64,000 nt of DNA from an uncultured Chloroflexia bacterium (GCA_963840385.1 CAWIYS010000009.1:313100-377099); one strand, 5' to 3'. Positions 43,550 to 53,139 are shown, counted from the first letter of the stretch. The notes: a model not told the origin generated them from the letters alone. Numbers and translations: made by a program.

Positions 43550-44604
43550 GGGTCGTGTATCTCGCCGACGCGCCGTACGTGCACACGCGCCGCTGGGTGC
43601 GACACTTCGTCGAGCGCGGCGTCGACGCGCACGTGATCTCGTTCCGGCCGGCGGCGATCGAGGGCGCGACGGTGCACTACGTCGACGGGCTGGAGGCGAT
43701 CGGCAAGGCGCGCTACGTCGTGCACGCCCGGCGCGTTCGCCAACTCGTCATCGACCTGGAGCCGGACATCGTGCACGCGCTGCACCTGACGAGCTACGGC
43801 TTCCTCGCCGGGTTGTCCGGCTTCCGGCGGTCGATCGTCTCGGTATGGGGCACGGACGTGCTGGAGGCGCCCGGCATCTCGCCGTTCCACCGCTGGGTGA
43901 CGAAGCACGCGCTGTCGCGCGCGGGCGCGATCACCGCCACGGGCATGCGCCTCGCCGAGGCGACGCTGCCGTACGCGCCGCGCGGCAAGGCGGTGACCGT
44001 GATCCCGTACGGCGTCGACCTCGACGTCTTCCGGCCGGCGCCGCGCCAGCAGCGCCCGCACCCCGTCATCGGCACCGTCGGCCGCCTGTCGCCCGAGAAG
44101 GGCATCGAGCACCTGCTGCGCGCGGTGGCGCTGTTACGCGACAACGGCGTGACGGTCGACGTCGTGCTGGCGGGCGACGGGCCGTCGCGCGAATCGCTGG
44201 GACGGCTCGCTGTCGAGTTGAAGATCACCGGCCGCGTGCGCTGGCTCGGCGAGGTTGCACACGACGACGTGCCGATCGTGTTGCAGGGGTTCGACATGTT
44301 CGCCATGCCGTCGACGTGGGAAGGGTTCGGCGTCTCCGCGATCGAGGCGAGCGCGATGCAGCTGCCGGTGGTCGCATCGAACATTCACGGCATCCCGGAC
44401 GTCGTCATCGACGACGTGACGGGGCTGCTCGTACCCCCGGCCACCGCGCCGGCGCTCGCCGCCGCGATCGCGCGCCTCGCCACCGACGCGCAGTTGCGCG
44501 AGCGCATGGGCTCGGCCGGCCGGGCGTTCGTCGAGCGGCACTACCGCTGGCGCGATAACGCGCGACTCATGGAGCGACTGTACGACGAGATGCTGGCGAC
44601 CTAG
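43546..44604 (+). CDS. Glycosyltransferase family 4
   Basis: IPYGVD, VGRLSPEKG and PSTWEGFGVSAIEASA (ExF/G...E motif). Confidence 0.93.
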   Translation: MRVVYLADAPYVHTRRWVRHFVERGVDAHVISFRPAAIEGATVHYVDGLEAIGKARYVVHARRVRQLVIDLEPDIVHALHLTSYGFLAGLSGFRRSIVSVWGTDVLEAPGISPFHRWVTKHALSRAGAITATGMRLAEATLPYAPRGKAVTVIPYGVDLDVFRPAPRQQRPHPVIGTVGRLSPEKGIEHLLRAVALLRDNGVTVDVVLAGDGPSRESLGRLAVELKITGRVRWLGEVAHDDVPIVLQGFDMFAMPSTWEGFGVSAIEASAMQLPVVASNIHGIPDVVIDDVTGLLVPPATAPALAAAIARLATDAQLRERMGSAGRAFVERHYRWRDNARLMERLYDEMLAT

Positions 44605-44635
44605 TAGACTTGCTCAGTGACCGGAGGGGACGATA

Positions 44636-45394
44636 GTGGCCGAGCGTTCGTCGATCGAATGGACCGAGGCGACGTGGAATCCCGTCACGGGGTGCACGAA
44701 GATCTCGCCGGGGTGTGCACATTGCTACGCTGAGACATTCGCCGAGCGGTTTCGTGGCGTGCCAGGGCACCCGTACGAACAGGGCTTCGATCTCAGACTA
44801 TGGGAAACACGCCTGGACCTTCCGCTGAAATGGAAACGGCCACGAATGATCTTCGTGAATTCGATGAGCGACCTTTTCCACCCGGGCGTTCCGGATGAAT
44901 TCATCCTGCGAGTGTTCGAGACAATGAACGAGGCCACACACCACACGTTCCAACTCCTCACGAAACGGCCCGAGCGCGCAGCCACGTTATCGGGCCACTT
45001 ACCGTGGACCGATAACATTTGGATGGGGACGAGCGTCGAGAGCCAGCACTTCGCTTGGCGTATCGCTGAATTGCGCCGCACCGCCGCGTCGATTAGGTTT
45101 CTGTCTTGCGAGCCGCTGCTGGGCGAGTTGCGCCTCGAACTAGAGGGCATTCATTGGGTCATCGTGGGCGGCGAATCGGGGCAAGGTGCCCGCCCGATGC
45201 GTGCAGACTGGGCTCGCTCTGCGAGGGAGCAATGCCATCAGCAGGGCGTCGCATTCTTCTTCAAGCAGTGGGGGACGTTCAACGAGTCCGGCGCACGAGT
45301 CGGAAAGCATCGGTCGGGCCGCGCGTTGGATGGCCACACGTGGAACGAATTTCCAACGCTAGCCGCACGTCAAGCGAGATCGAGCGGAAGTTGA
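44636..45394 (+). CDS. DUF5131 / phage Gp37-Gp68 family three-Cys (radical-SAM-like) protein
   Basis: SSIEWTEATWNPVTGCTKISPGCAHCYAE (Cx6CxxC), FVNSMSDLFH, LLTKRPER, WVIVGGESG and FFFKQWG. Confidence 0.92.
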   Translation: MAERSSIEWTEATWNPVTGCTKISPGCAHCYAETFAERFRGVPGHPYEQGFDLRLWETRLDLPLKWKRPRMIFVNSMSDLFHPGVPDEFILRVFETMNEATHHTFQLLTKRPERAATLSGHLPWTDNIWMGTSVESQHFAWRIAELRRTAASIRFLSCEPLLGELRLELEGIHWVIVGGESGQGARPMRADWARSAREQCHQQGVAFFFKQWGTFNESGARVGKHRSGRALDGHTWNEFPTLAARQARSSGS

Positions 45395-46146
45395 CCGCCG
45401 GCTGACGCCTGCCTGTTTACCCAATCCATGATTCTCTTCCCGGCTTCCTTCTTGCTGGCGAAGACGAGGTAGTAAAGGTGCAGGTTCCGACGGGTCTTGA
45501 TAAGCCTGTCTATTTCGGGCGTGTACTCATACCCGAGCCTTCTCAGTTCGCCTATGTAGAGATCTAGCAACCCTCTCGTGGTGTTCCACCGTCTCGCGTC
45601 GAAGAGTGGGCGCCAAGCATCCGTCCCGAAATACTCGGTGACTTTCGGGCTGTGCAGATTCCGCTTGATGCTCATACCGAGGGGAAATGTGATCAGAAGC
45701 TCAGTTCTCCAACGCGAGATAGCCTCGATCGTGCGCCACTTTGGTTCTATGCCTACGGCGTCTAGAAAGACGAAAGTCGGCGATTGCAGCGGCAAGCGTT
45801 GAACGACGCACGGAAGGGCCTCGTTGACATCGCCAATCACCACTTCAGCGCGGCGAGACGCCTCAAGATGCGCGATGGACGACTTCAGTTCGGCAGCGGT
45901 GGTCGGATCGCGTTCGATAAAGTAGAACCGCGAAAACCTCGTGCCGTTCCTCGATGCGGCCTTGAGCGCGATAAGGGGAGACCCATCTACGATGCGCCCG
46001 TCACGAACGCGGTTCGTTCCGGGCCCGGCAAAGGCATCCACGTAAATCGTCTCCATCGCACGCGTGGTTGCCTGCAAGTACCCGGGCAGATAGTCCTCCA
46101 ACACTTTCAGCTTGTCGAGGGTCCAAGGCCCTACAGGTCGGGGCAT
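45370..46146 (-). CDS. tcmP: Three-Cys-motif partner protein TcmP (methyltransferase-like)
   Basis: GPWTLDKLKVLEDYL, YVDAFAGPG, GSPLIAL, FVFLD and LYYLVFASK; adjacent to DUF5131. Confidence 0.85.
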   Translation of the reverse strand: MPRPVGPWTLDKLKVLEDYLPGYLQATTRAMETIYVDAFAGPGTNRVRDGRIVDGSPLIALKAASRNGTRFSRFYFIERDPTTAAELKSSIAHLEASRRAEVVIGDVNEALPCVVQRLPLQSPTFVFLDAVGIEPKWRTIEAISRWRTELLITFPLGMSIKRNLHSPKVTEYFGTDAWRPLFDARRWNTTRGLLDLYIGELRRLGYEYTPEIDRLIKTRRNLHLYYLVFASKKEAGKRIMDWVNRQASAGGQLPLDLA

Positions 46147-46193
46147 ACGTCACTCTTCACGACCTATCTGTAGCATGCTGGGGACTTATCTCG

Positions 46194-47573
46194 CTACGGC
46201 GTCTCGCCGCCGGGGTCGTCCGGGGAGATCGGGTCGGTAAAGGCGCGGCCGGCGTCCGTGAGGTCGCCGAGAAGGTCTTCGCCCGCGGGCTTCTGGCCGG
46301 TCTCAACCCAGTTCACCAGGTCGGCGAAGCCTCGCTCCCGCTCGGCGGCGGTGATGGCGCAGTGGCCGGGGCGACGAATCGCCCGCTGCACGAGCAGGTC
46401 GCCCGCGCCCGCCGCGTCGACGGCGCGCCGGTACTGCTGTTCGATGCTAATCGGCACGAAAAGGTCGCCGGTGCCGTGCAGCGTCAGGAACGGCCGCTGG
46501 ATCTTGCCGGACGGCGCGCCGTACTCCGGATAAAGCGACTTGTCTTCGTACGCCGGGTTCGACTCGACGCGCGGCACCTCGCGATTCAGCTGATCGGAGG
46601 TCACGCCGAGCGCGCTGTCGACTGCATAGATCGTGTCAGCGTTCTGCGCGGCGGCGTTCGAGGCGCCGGGGGCCGAGACGGCCATGAGCAGCAGCGCGAA
46701 GTTCAGCAGGTACTGCATCCGGAAGCCCTCGCGGAAGAACGGACGGGGGCCGCCGGTGAGGTTCTCGATGGCGCTCGCGAACTCCTCGCCCTTCGGTGTG
46801 AGGTTGTCCGCGGTACCGAGCGCGGGGCCGACGTCGCGCTTCAGCGCCCTCGCCAACGTGCCGGCATCCTTGGTGGCGCCGGTCAGGTCCGTGCCGCTGA
46901 AGTAGCCGCCCAGCACGCCCCAGCTGAGGATGTAATCGACGATGCCCTGGCCCGTCAGCGCGCCGCACTCGGCGAAGGCGCCGTCGTACGCTTGCGGGTA
47001 GCGCTCGAGCAACACCGTGGCGACGTTGCCGCCCATTGAGGCACCGTACAGGTACGAGCGGCGCGGGGTGCCGACCTTCGCGGCAAAGACATCATGCAGC
47101 GCTAGGGTGTCGGCGGCGCCAACGCCGGGCGCGTAGCCGTTTTGGCTGAAGCTCGACGCCGCCCACGCGTAGCCGTGCGCGATGAGGTACTCGCGCAGGG
47201 GCGGTGCGTCGACAGTCAGGTTCGGCACGGGGCCGCGGAAGCCGTGCGCGTAGTAGACGACGCTGCCGTTCCAGTTGTCGGGCACCTCGATCTGGTAGCC
47301 GGCGCCGGCGTTCGTGCCGTAGATGGCGCGCGCGCCGGGAAGCGCATCGAACTTCGGGTCGGCGACGGTGTAGTTGCCGGCGACGGGGGTGACGGGCAGC
47401 GTCTTCGGCGTCGCCCAGCCGGAGCGCGCCGCCTCGGGCGTCGTCGCCGCGGCGACGTTGGCAGCTGGCGGCGGGCCATTGCCGCCACACGCCGAAATCA
47501 GCAACGCCATGGCCGCAACGACGATCGTCGCGGCGGTGAGCCGGAAGCCTGGGACGGGACGCCGGAGGGACAT
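46194..47573 (-). CDS. Lipoprotein alpha/beta hydrolase (tannase/DUF6351-like)
   Basis: Lipobox LISAC; YYAHG, YLYGASMGG (GxSxG), TLHGTGD and RRPGHC. It is fused to the upstream gene in the ORF track only because of a frameshift. Confidence 0.8.
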   Translation of the reverse strand: MSLRRPVPGFRLTAATIVVAAMALLISACGGNGPPPAANVAAATTPEAARSGWATPKTLPVTPVAGNYTVADPKFDALPGARAIYGTNAGAGYQIEVPDNWNGSVVYYAHGFRGPVPNLTVDAPPLREYLIAHGYAWAASSFSQNGYAPGVGAADTLALHDVFAAKVGTPRRSYLYGASMGGNVATVLLERYPQAYDGAFAECGALTGQGIVDYILSWGVLGGYFSGTDLTGATKDAGTLARALKRDVGPALGTADNLTPKGEEFASAIENLTGGPRPFFREGFRMQYLLNFALLLMAVSAPGASNAAAQNADTIYAVDSALGVTSDQLNREVPRVESNPAYEDKSLYPEYGAPSGKIQRPFLTLHGTGDLFVPISIEQQYRRAVDAAGAGDLLVQRAIRRPGHCAITAAERERGFADLVNWVETGQKPAGEDLLGDLTDAGRAFTDPISPDDPGGETP

Positions 47574-47623
47574 GGATCCCCAGTCTACCTGAAGGCGCGA
47601 TAGGCCGCGCGTTCGACGAGACG

Positions 47624-49023
47624 TCAGCCGCCGAAGTGGGCGATGGCGGCGTCGAGCTGCGGGTCGACGCCGTTGACGATGTCGGCCTGGGTGCGCGTCA
47701 CGCGCTCGTCGGGGACGACGCCGACGCCGTTGAGAAGGCTGTTGGTCACGGGGCCGAGGTTGACGTGCGTCGTCACCGCCATCGATGAGCCGTCGCCGAG
47801 GTCGCCGATGTCGGTGTAACCGACGCAGCCGTTCGACTTCGCGCCGATCACGTACGGCGACGCCGTACTCCTGCAGCGCCGCCGCGAACGCCTCGGCGAC
47901 GGAGCCGGTGCCATTGTTGGTGAGCAGGACGATCGGCCGCACGACGGGCATCGTGTCACCGCTCGCGCGCGTCTCGTCGATCTTGCCGTCGCGGTTGCGG
48001 GTGCGCGTCGTGACGCCGTCCTTGACGAAGAGGCTGATCGCGTCGCCGTCGAACTGGCCGCCGGGGTCGTCGCGAAGGTCAATGATCCACTTCGTCACGC
48101 CCTGCGCATCGAACGACGTCAGTGCGTCGCGCAGCGGACCGTGGATGCCCGTCAGGACGAAGTTCCGCACGCGCACGTAGCCGATGCCGTTGCCGAGCAC
48201 GCGCGGCTCGACGTTCTGCGGGATGACGCGCGCACGGACGATCGCCAGCTCGATCGGCGCTGACTCGCCGGGACGGCGGAGCTGGAGCCGCACGGTCGTG
48301 CCCTCCGTACCGTTGATCAGCTCGAACGCGGACGCCGGGCCGAGATTCGACGCGTCGGCGTCGTCGATCTGGACGATCCGGTCGCCGATGCGCACACCCG
48401 CATGGTCGGCGGGGCCGCCGGCGATGACGCCGGTGACGAGCGGCGGCGGCCCGCCGAGCTCGACGCCGATGCCAACGGAGCCCTGGCCCTCGCGCGTCTC
48501 GATCAACGTGTCACTGGCGACGGGGCTGAGGAAGAACGTGTGGCAGTCGTGCAGGCTCTGCGCCATCGTGCGCAGCGCGGCGTAGCGCAGCTTCGTCGCG
48601 TCGCCCTTCGCAGCGAGCGGCACGTAGGCATCGCGGAAGGCCGCAAAGTCGGCCGTCGCGGTCGCCTGTGAACGCCGGCCGCGCCGGCACGGCGATGCCC
48701 TCGGCGGCGGCCTCGGCTGCCGCGCCCGCCCAGGCCTCGGCGAGCACGTCGTTCGGCGTCAGCGGGTCGATGTACTCGTCGAGGAGCCGGTCGTACGCCG
48801 TCTTGATGATGGCGATGCCGCCGTCCTTCAGCAGGACGGCCACATCCGGCGTGGGCGTCGCCGTGGGGCCGGCGGGCGTGGCCGTGGCCGGGATGGGCGT
48901 GACGGTCGCCGTCTCGGTCGACCGCGCCGGCGTGGACGTGCATGCGCTCGCACCGAGGAGGAGCGCGATAATGACGGCGAGCAGGAAGGCGGGGGCGGCG
49001 CGCGCCCTCGGCGTGTGGTTCAT
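47624..49023 (-). CDS. S41 (CtpA-like) carboxyl-terminal protease with PDZ domain, lipoprotein; frameshifts near 48665 and 47860
   Basis: Lipobox GASAC; PDZ (GPADHAGVRIGDRI), IIDLRDDPGG, NGTGSVAEAFA and GVGVVPD. Confidence 0.88.
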
Positions 49024-49072
49024 GTTCGATGCCCGGCGTGGTGTGACTGCGACAGTGTAGCGGGTCGGGGCA

Positions 49073-49750
49073 TCAACCACGGGCGGCGGGATGGCCGCCA
49101 CGGCGATCGAGGCCGCGGCGTACCCACGCCTCGCGGTCGCGGATGTCGCGGTCGAAGAGCAGGCGATTGCGCCACACGCCGGCGACTTGCGGGCCCGGCG
49201 GGCCGTTCGCGAGCAGCCGCTTCGCCGCCACGAGCGCGGCCATCGCGACGCAGCCGCCGACGACGCTCGCAGGCTCTCCGCCCGCATACGCGGCCACGGG
49301 CGCCACAACCAGGCCGATGCCGACGCCGAGCGGGCTCAGCCCGAAAGGAACGCTCGCCACCGCCACGACGATGAACGCCGGCAACGCATCGAGCGTCGCC
49401 AGCCCGAGCATGAAGCCGATCGCGGGACCGACACCGCGGCCGCCCTTGAATCGCAGCCACGGGTTCCAGTCGTGCGCGGCGATCGCGGCGAGGCCGCAGA
49501 TCACCTGCACGCCGGTCGACTCGCCGGCAAGCTTTGCCAGTTCAATGCCTGCGAGCCCCTGTCCGATCTGCGCGAGCCCCACCGGCACGACGAGCGCCTT
49601 AGAGACGCTCTGCCATACGTTCGATGCGCCGAGGTTGCCGCTGCCGAGGTCGCGCAGATCGACGCCGCCGCGCAGGCGGGCGGCCAGCCACGCCACTGGC
49701 ACCGAGCCGATCGCGTAGGACGCGAGCATCACCGCGACGGTCGAGAGCAT
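49073..49750 (-). CDS. plsY: Glycerol-3-phosphate acyltransferase
   Basis: YAIGSVP, DLRDLGSGNLGASNV and HDWNPWLRFKGGRGV. Confidence 0.88.
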   Translation of the reverse strand: MLSTVAVMLASYAIGSVPVAWLAARLRGGVDLRDLGSGNLGASNVWQSVSKALVVPVGLAQIGQGLAGIELAKLAGESTGVQVICGLAAIAAHDWNPWLRFKGGRGVGPAIGFMLGLATLDALPAFIVVAVASVPFGLSPLGVGIGLVVAPVAAYAGGEPASVVGGCVAMAALVAAKRLLANGPPGPQVAGVWRNRLLFDRDIRDREAWVRRGLDRRGGHPAARG

Positions 49751-50112
49751 CAGGCGGACGACGTCCGGTCGGGCGCGACGGCGTCGCGCTCGGGGCTGCG
49801 GAGCAACCACAGACCGCGCGCGTGGTCGAGGCCATGCTCGATCATGTGCTCGATGCCGCGGCGCGCGGCTTCTTCGAGCCCCTGGTCGTGCTCGGCAAGG
49901 TGCACCAGGACCTCGGCCGGCGACCACTCGCCATCCGGCGACCGCACGAGATGGTCGTCGTCGAGGTCGCCCAGCGCCGACTCCAGCGCTTCGTAGACAG
50001 CGCGGAAGGCACGGCGATGAGCGTCGCCGGCGTGGAAGTGCGCCATGAGCCGCTCGTGCGAGCGGCGTACGTCATCGAGCAGTCGCTTGGCCTCAGGGCT
50101 GAGGTACATCAT
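49750..50112 (-). CDS. Short DinB-family protein
   Basis: EWSPAEVLVHLAEHD and C-terminal HGLDHA. Confidence 0.7.
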   Translation of the reverse strand: MMYLSPEAKRLLDDVRRSHERLMAHFHAGDAHRRAFRAVYEALESALGDLDDDHLVRSPDGEWSPAEVLVHLAEHDQGLEEAARRGIEHMIEHGLDHARGLWLLRSPERDAVAPDRTSSA

Positions 50113-50125
50113 CGCCTCGGTGCGG

Positions 50126-50836
50126 CTAGCCGGCGCGCGGTGTGCGCTCGCGGGCGGCGGTTTCGATCAGGGCGATGGCGCCCGCCTGCGAGATGCGCCC
50201 GGAGTGGATCATGACGTTGTAGAGGCAGGGGTTCTCCGGCTCGACCTTGAAGAAGCGGCGATGGAACGCCTGGCGGTTGTGATCGCTCTGCTTGATGCGA
50301 CGCTCGGCGTCCTGCTCACTGAGGCCGTCGCGCGTCATCAGCGCCTCGACGCGCTGCTGGCGGCCGGCGACGATGCAGACGTGCATTGCTTCCGGATGGT
50401 GCTGGAGGATCGCCTGGCCGCCGCGGCCGAGGATGACGACGTTGCCGCGCGCCGCGATGCCGGTGATGACGGCCGTCAGCGTGCGCAGGTAGCTCTCGTC
50501 GTCGAGTTGGCCGCGCGGCGCGTCCGATGGCAGCTCCGCCGCCTCGCCGTAGGTCCGGCCAAGCACCATCTCCAGCCCGCCGCCGGTGATCGGGTCCGTC
50601 GCGCCGGCGGCGGCCGAGCGCTCCATCATCGTGCGCAGCACCGAGCCGATGCGCTCGCCGATGCTGCTCGGACGCTCGTCGCGGCTCTCGACGACCGACA
50701 CGCTGACGCCGAGCCGGCGCGCCGCTTCGACGAGTATCTCCTGATCGACGTAGTCGAGCTTGAGGGCGGTGGACGTCGCCTGCGCGATCTCCCTCGCGCC
50801 GCTCGCGAGACCGCCGGAGATGGTGATGACAGGCAT
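50126..50836 (-). CDS. Cytidylate kinase-like family protein
   Basis: VITISGGLASGAREIA, NVVILGRGG and RIKQSDHNR...YNVMI. Confidence 0.88.
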   Translation of the reverse strand: MPVITISGGLASGAREIAQATSTALKLDYVDQEILVEAARRLGVSVSVVESRDERPSSIGERIGSVLRTMMERSAAAGATDPITGGGLEMVLGRTYGEAAELPSDAPRGQLDDESYLRTLTAVITGIAARGNVVILGRGGQAILQHHPEAMHVCIVAGRQQRVEALMTRDGLSEQDAERRIKQSDHNRQAFHRRFFKVEPENPCLYNVMIHSGRISQAGAIALIETAARERTPRAG

Positions 50837-50991
50837 GTCGCGCCTCCATGGCCGGATGGTCGCGCGGAACGGGACGTCCGTCCAATTGTATGCCCGCGCG
50901 CAGGCGCACGCACGGCATCAAATGCCGAGGCGGCGAAAAAACAGGCGCGCCCGCTGGTGCGGGCGCTCGTTGGTGGTTGGAACGGAAGGTG

Positions 50992-51405
50992 TCAGGCGGG
51001 CGCGACGGCGAGGCGTTCGCCGCGGTTCAGCGGGATGCTCGCATCGACGTCGTGCGGGTACTCGAGGCCGCGTTCGAGCTTGTGCACGCGCGTACTCGCG
51101 AGTCCGAAGGCGTCGATGATGCGGTCAATCGCCGGGATCTCATCGAAGCCCTTGCAGGAGAAGATGTCGACCCACACCTGCTGGTGCTCGGGAAAGGTGT
51201 GGATGGCAATGTGGCTTTCGGCGATGAGGACGAAGCCCGACACGCCCCAGTCGTCCGGCTTCTCGCCCCGGTACTCAAAGACGTGCGGCTCCGAGATCTT
51301 GGTCATTCCGATTTCGTCCGGATAGCGGTCGAGCAGGTTGCGGACCAGCTCCACACTGGAGAGCTGCGCGGGGTTTCCGCCGAACCCATCGATCGTTACG
51401 TGCAT
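50992..51405 (-). CDS. speD: Pyruvoyl-dependent S-adenosylmethionine decarboxylase proenzyme (SpeD/SpeH family)
   Basis: GVSGFVLIAESHIAIHTFPE (ES self-cleavage site) and VDIFSCK; AAGGA RBS. Confidence 0.88.
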   Translation of the reverse strand: MHVTIDGFGGNPAQLSSVELVRNLLDRYPDEIGMTKISEPHVFEYRGEKPDDWGVSGFVLIAESHIAIHTFPEHQQVWVDIFSCKGFDEIPAIDRIIDAFGLASTRVHKLERGLEYPHDVDASIPLNRGERLAVAPA

Positions 51406-51454
51406 TCTCGTGTCCTTTCCCCGCGACCTCGCGGACGGAATGCCCGGGACGAAA

Positions 51455-51624
51455 CCCGGGCCGCTAGGTGAAGCCCGTCTGTTTATCGACTTCCATATGC
51501 CTTGACAACGCAAAAGGCCCCCAGCGGAACCCGCTCGTCGCGGACGCCGCCAGTCAGGCCCCGGGTCAACTCTCCTTTAGAGCGCTGTAGCCAGACAGCT
51601 GTTTACGCGGTCCCCTGGACACGC
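51455..51624 (-). ncRNA. ssrS: Probable 6S RNA
   Basis: About 170 nt that fold by hand into one rod: closing stems GGGACCGCGUA/UAGCGGCCC and CUGUCUG/CAGACGG, a central bubble, UUGAC/GUCAA and CUGGCGG/CCGCUGG, then a terminal loop. It lies directly behind a strong sigma70 promoter. Confidence 0.6.
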
Positions 51625-51631
51625 AGGCAGC

Positions 51632-51660
51632 ATGGTATCAGCGTCCATCCCGCTTCGCAA
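51632..51660 (-). promoter_or_regulatory. sigma70-type promoter for the putative 6S RNA / speD
   Basis: On the minus strand TTGCGA (51660-51655), 17-bp spacer, TACCAT (51637-51632) with an extended TG. Confidence 0.6.
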
Positions 51661-51814
51661 TGCGTTCCGGGCAGCAATTCGAGGCGAGGGGCGCGCAGCG
51701 GCACGGACGTCGCCAGAATCCGGTGCCGACGTACCATAACGGCTCAATCGACGGGCGAGTCAGCCGGGCTCGCGCTACGCTTCCCCGGGCACACACCGTG
51801 CGAATGGAGGCGCC

Positions 51815-52483
51815 CTGGAGCTGTCGATCGAGGCGGCGTCGGACGACACGGGCGTCGCGCTGTCCGTGGGCGGCGTCGCCGCGCTCACCGCGACGTGGCA
51901 CACCGAGCGCAACCACTCGGTCGAGCTGCTGCCGAACATCGAGCGCATGTTGGGCGAGGCGGGGCGAACGAAGCGCGACGTCGAGGCCGTGTTCGTCGAC
52001 ATCGGCCCGGGCGGGTACGCCGGGCTGCGCGTGGGCGTGAGCATCGCGAAGGCGCTGGCGCATGGGCTTGGCGTACCGATCGCCGGCATCGGGCGGCTGG
52101 AACTGGACGCGCACGGCGTTGCGGTCAAGGCTGCCACCCGGCGCATCGTCGCCGTGCACGCGGCGGGTCGCGGCGAGGCCGCGTGGGCGCTGTACCGCGA
52201 CGCCCCCTGGCAGGAAGAGTCAGCGCCGATCATCAGCCGGCGGGATGTTCTGTACGCCGCCATCCGCGCCGACGACGCTGTCACAGGTGACATCGACGCA
52301 GAGTTGGCCGACGTCACCCAGCGCGCGGGCGCAGTCGCGCTCACGCCGCACCGCCATCGAGTCGTCGAGCTGGCCGAGTTGGGGAACGCGCGCCTCGCGG
52401 CGGGTCGCGCAGACGACGCGACGACGCTGGTGCCGCTGTACCTGCGGGCGCCGGCGATCGGGCCGCAGACGCGTGGAGACTAG
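51815..52483 (+). CDS. tsaB: tRNA threonylcarbamoyladenosine biosynthesis protein TsaB
   Basis: LELSIEAAS, NHSVELLP, VDIGPGGYAGLRVG and PLYLR; apparent CTG start 4 nt after GGAGG. Confidence 0.88.
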   Translation: MELSIEAASDDTGVALSVGGVAALTATWHTERNHSVELLPNIERMLGEAGRTKRDVEAVFVDIGPGGYAGLRVGVSIAKALAHGLGVPIAGIGRLELDAHGVAVKAATRRIVAVHAAGRGEAAWALYRDAPWQEESAPIISRRDVLYAAIRADDAVTGDIDAELADVTQRAGAVALTPHRHRVVELAELGNARLAAGRADDATTLVPLYLRAPAIGPQTRGD

Positions 52484-52558
52484 AGGCAGGAAGCGGGAAG
52501 CGAGAGGACGCGAATGTTCTCGCTTCGCGCTTCTCGCCTCTGATTTCCGACGTCTGCT
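52484..52558. repeat. Degenerate heptamer-period intergenic hairpin
   Basis: AGGCAGG AAGCGGG AAGCGAG ... TCTCGCT TCGCGCT TCTCGCC TCTGATT. Confidence 0.6.
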
Positions 52559-52605
52559 ATCCTGCCGCGGACGTCGCGCTCTGCGACACACGAAGGAGAC
52601 CGAAC

Positions 52606-53055
52606 TTGGAGCGGACGCTGGTACTGATCAAGCCCGACGCGATGCAGCGCGGCCTCGCCGGAGAGGTGATCTCGCGGCTGGAGCGGCGCGGCCTCAAGAT
52701 CGTCGCCATGCGGCTGATGAAGGTGACGCCTGCGCTCGCGAAGAAGCACTACGCCGAACACAAGGGCAAGCCGTTCTTCGACGGGCTCATCGAGTACATC
52801 ACGGCGTCGCCGATCATCGCTGCGGTGTTCGAGGGGAGCAACGCGATCAAGGCGACGCGCCAGACGATGGGAGCAACGAACCCCGTGGAGGCGGCGACGG
52901 GCAGCATCCGTGCCGACTTCGGCCTCGACAAGGGGCGCAACCTGACGCACGCGTCTGACTCGCCGGCCAGCGCGAAGCGCGAGATCGCGCTCTTCTTCGG
53001 CGACATGCCGCCGATCGCGTGGAAGCGCGACACGGACACCTGGCTGTTCGAGTAG
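52606..53055 (+). CDS. ndk: Nucleoside diphosphate kinase
   Basis: TTG start after AAGGAG; ERTLVLIKPDA, GSIRADFG and NLTHASDS. Confidence 0.96.
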   Translation: MERTLVLIKPDAMQRGLAGEVISRLERRGLKIVAMRLMKVTPALAKKHYAEHKGKPFFDGLIEYITASPIIAAVFEGSNAIKATRQTMGATNPVEAATGSIRADFGLDKGRNLTHASDSPASAKREIALFFGDMPPIAWKRDTDTWLFE

Positions 53056-53139
53056 GCTCGGCGCTGGTCATGGCAGCTAACAACGGGACGCAGCCGCCCC
53101 CGGCTGCGCGCCCGCCGAAGACCGACCAACGGTGACCTC

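Noticed and set aside
46194-48623. 809-aa ORF that looks like a PDZ protease-hydrolase fusion
   Set aside because: A frameshift near 47860 joins two genes. The hydrolase has its own ATG and lipobox at 47573, and the protease ends at 47624 in another frame.
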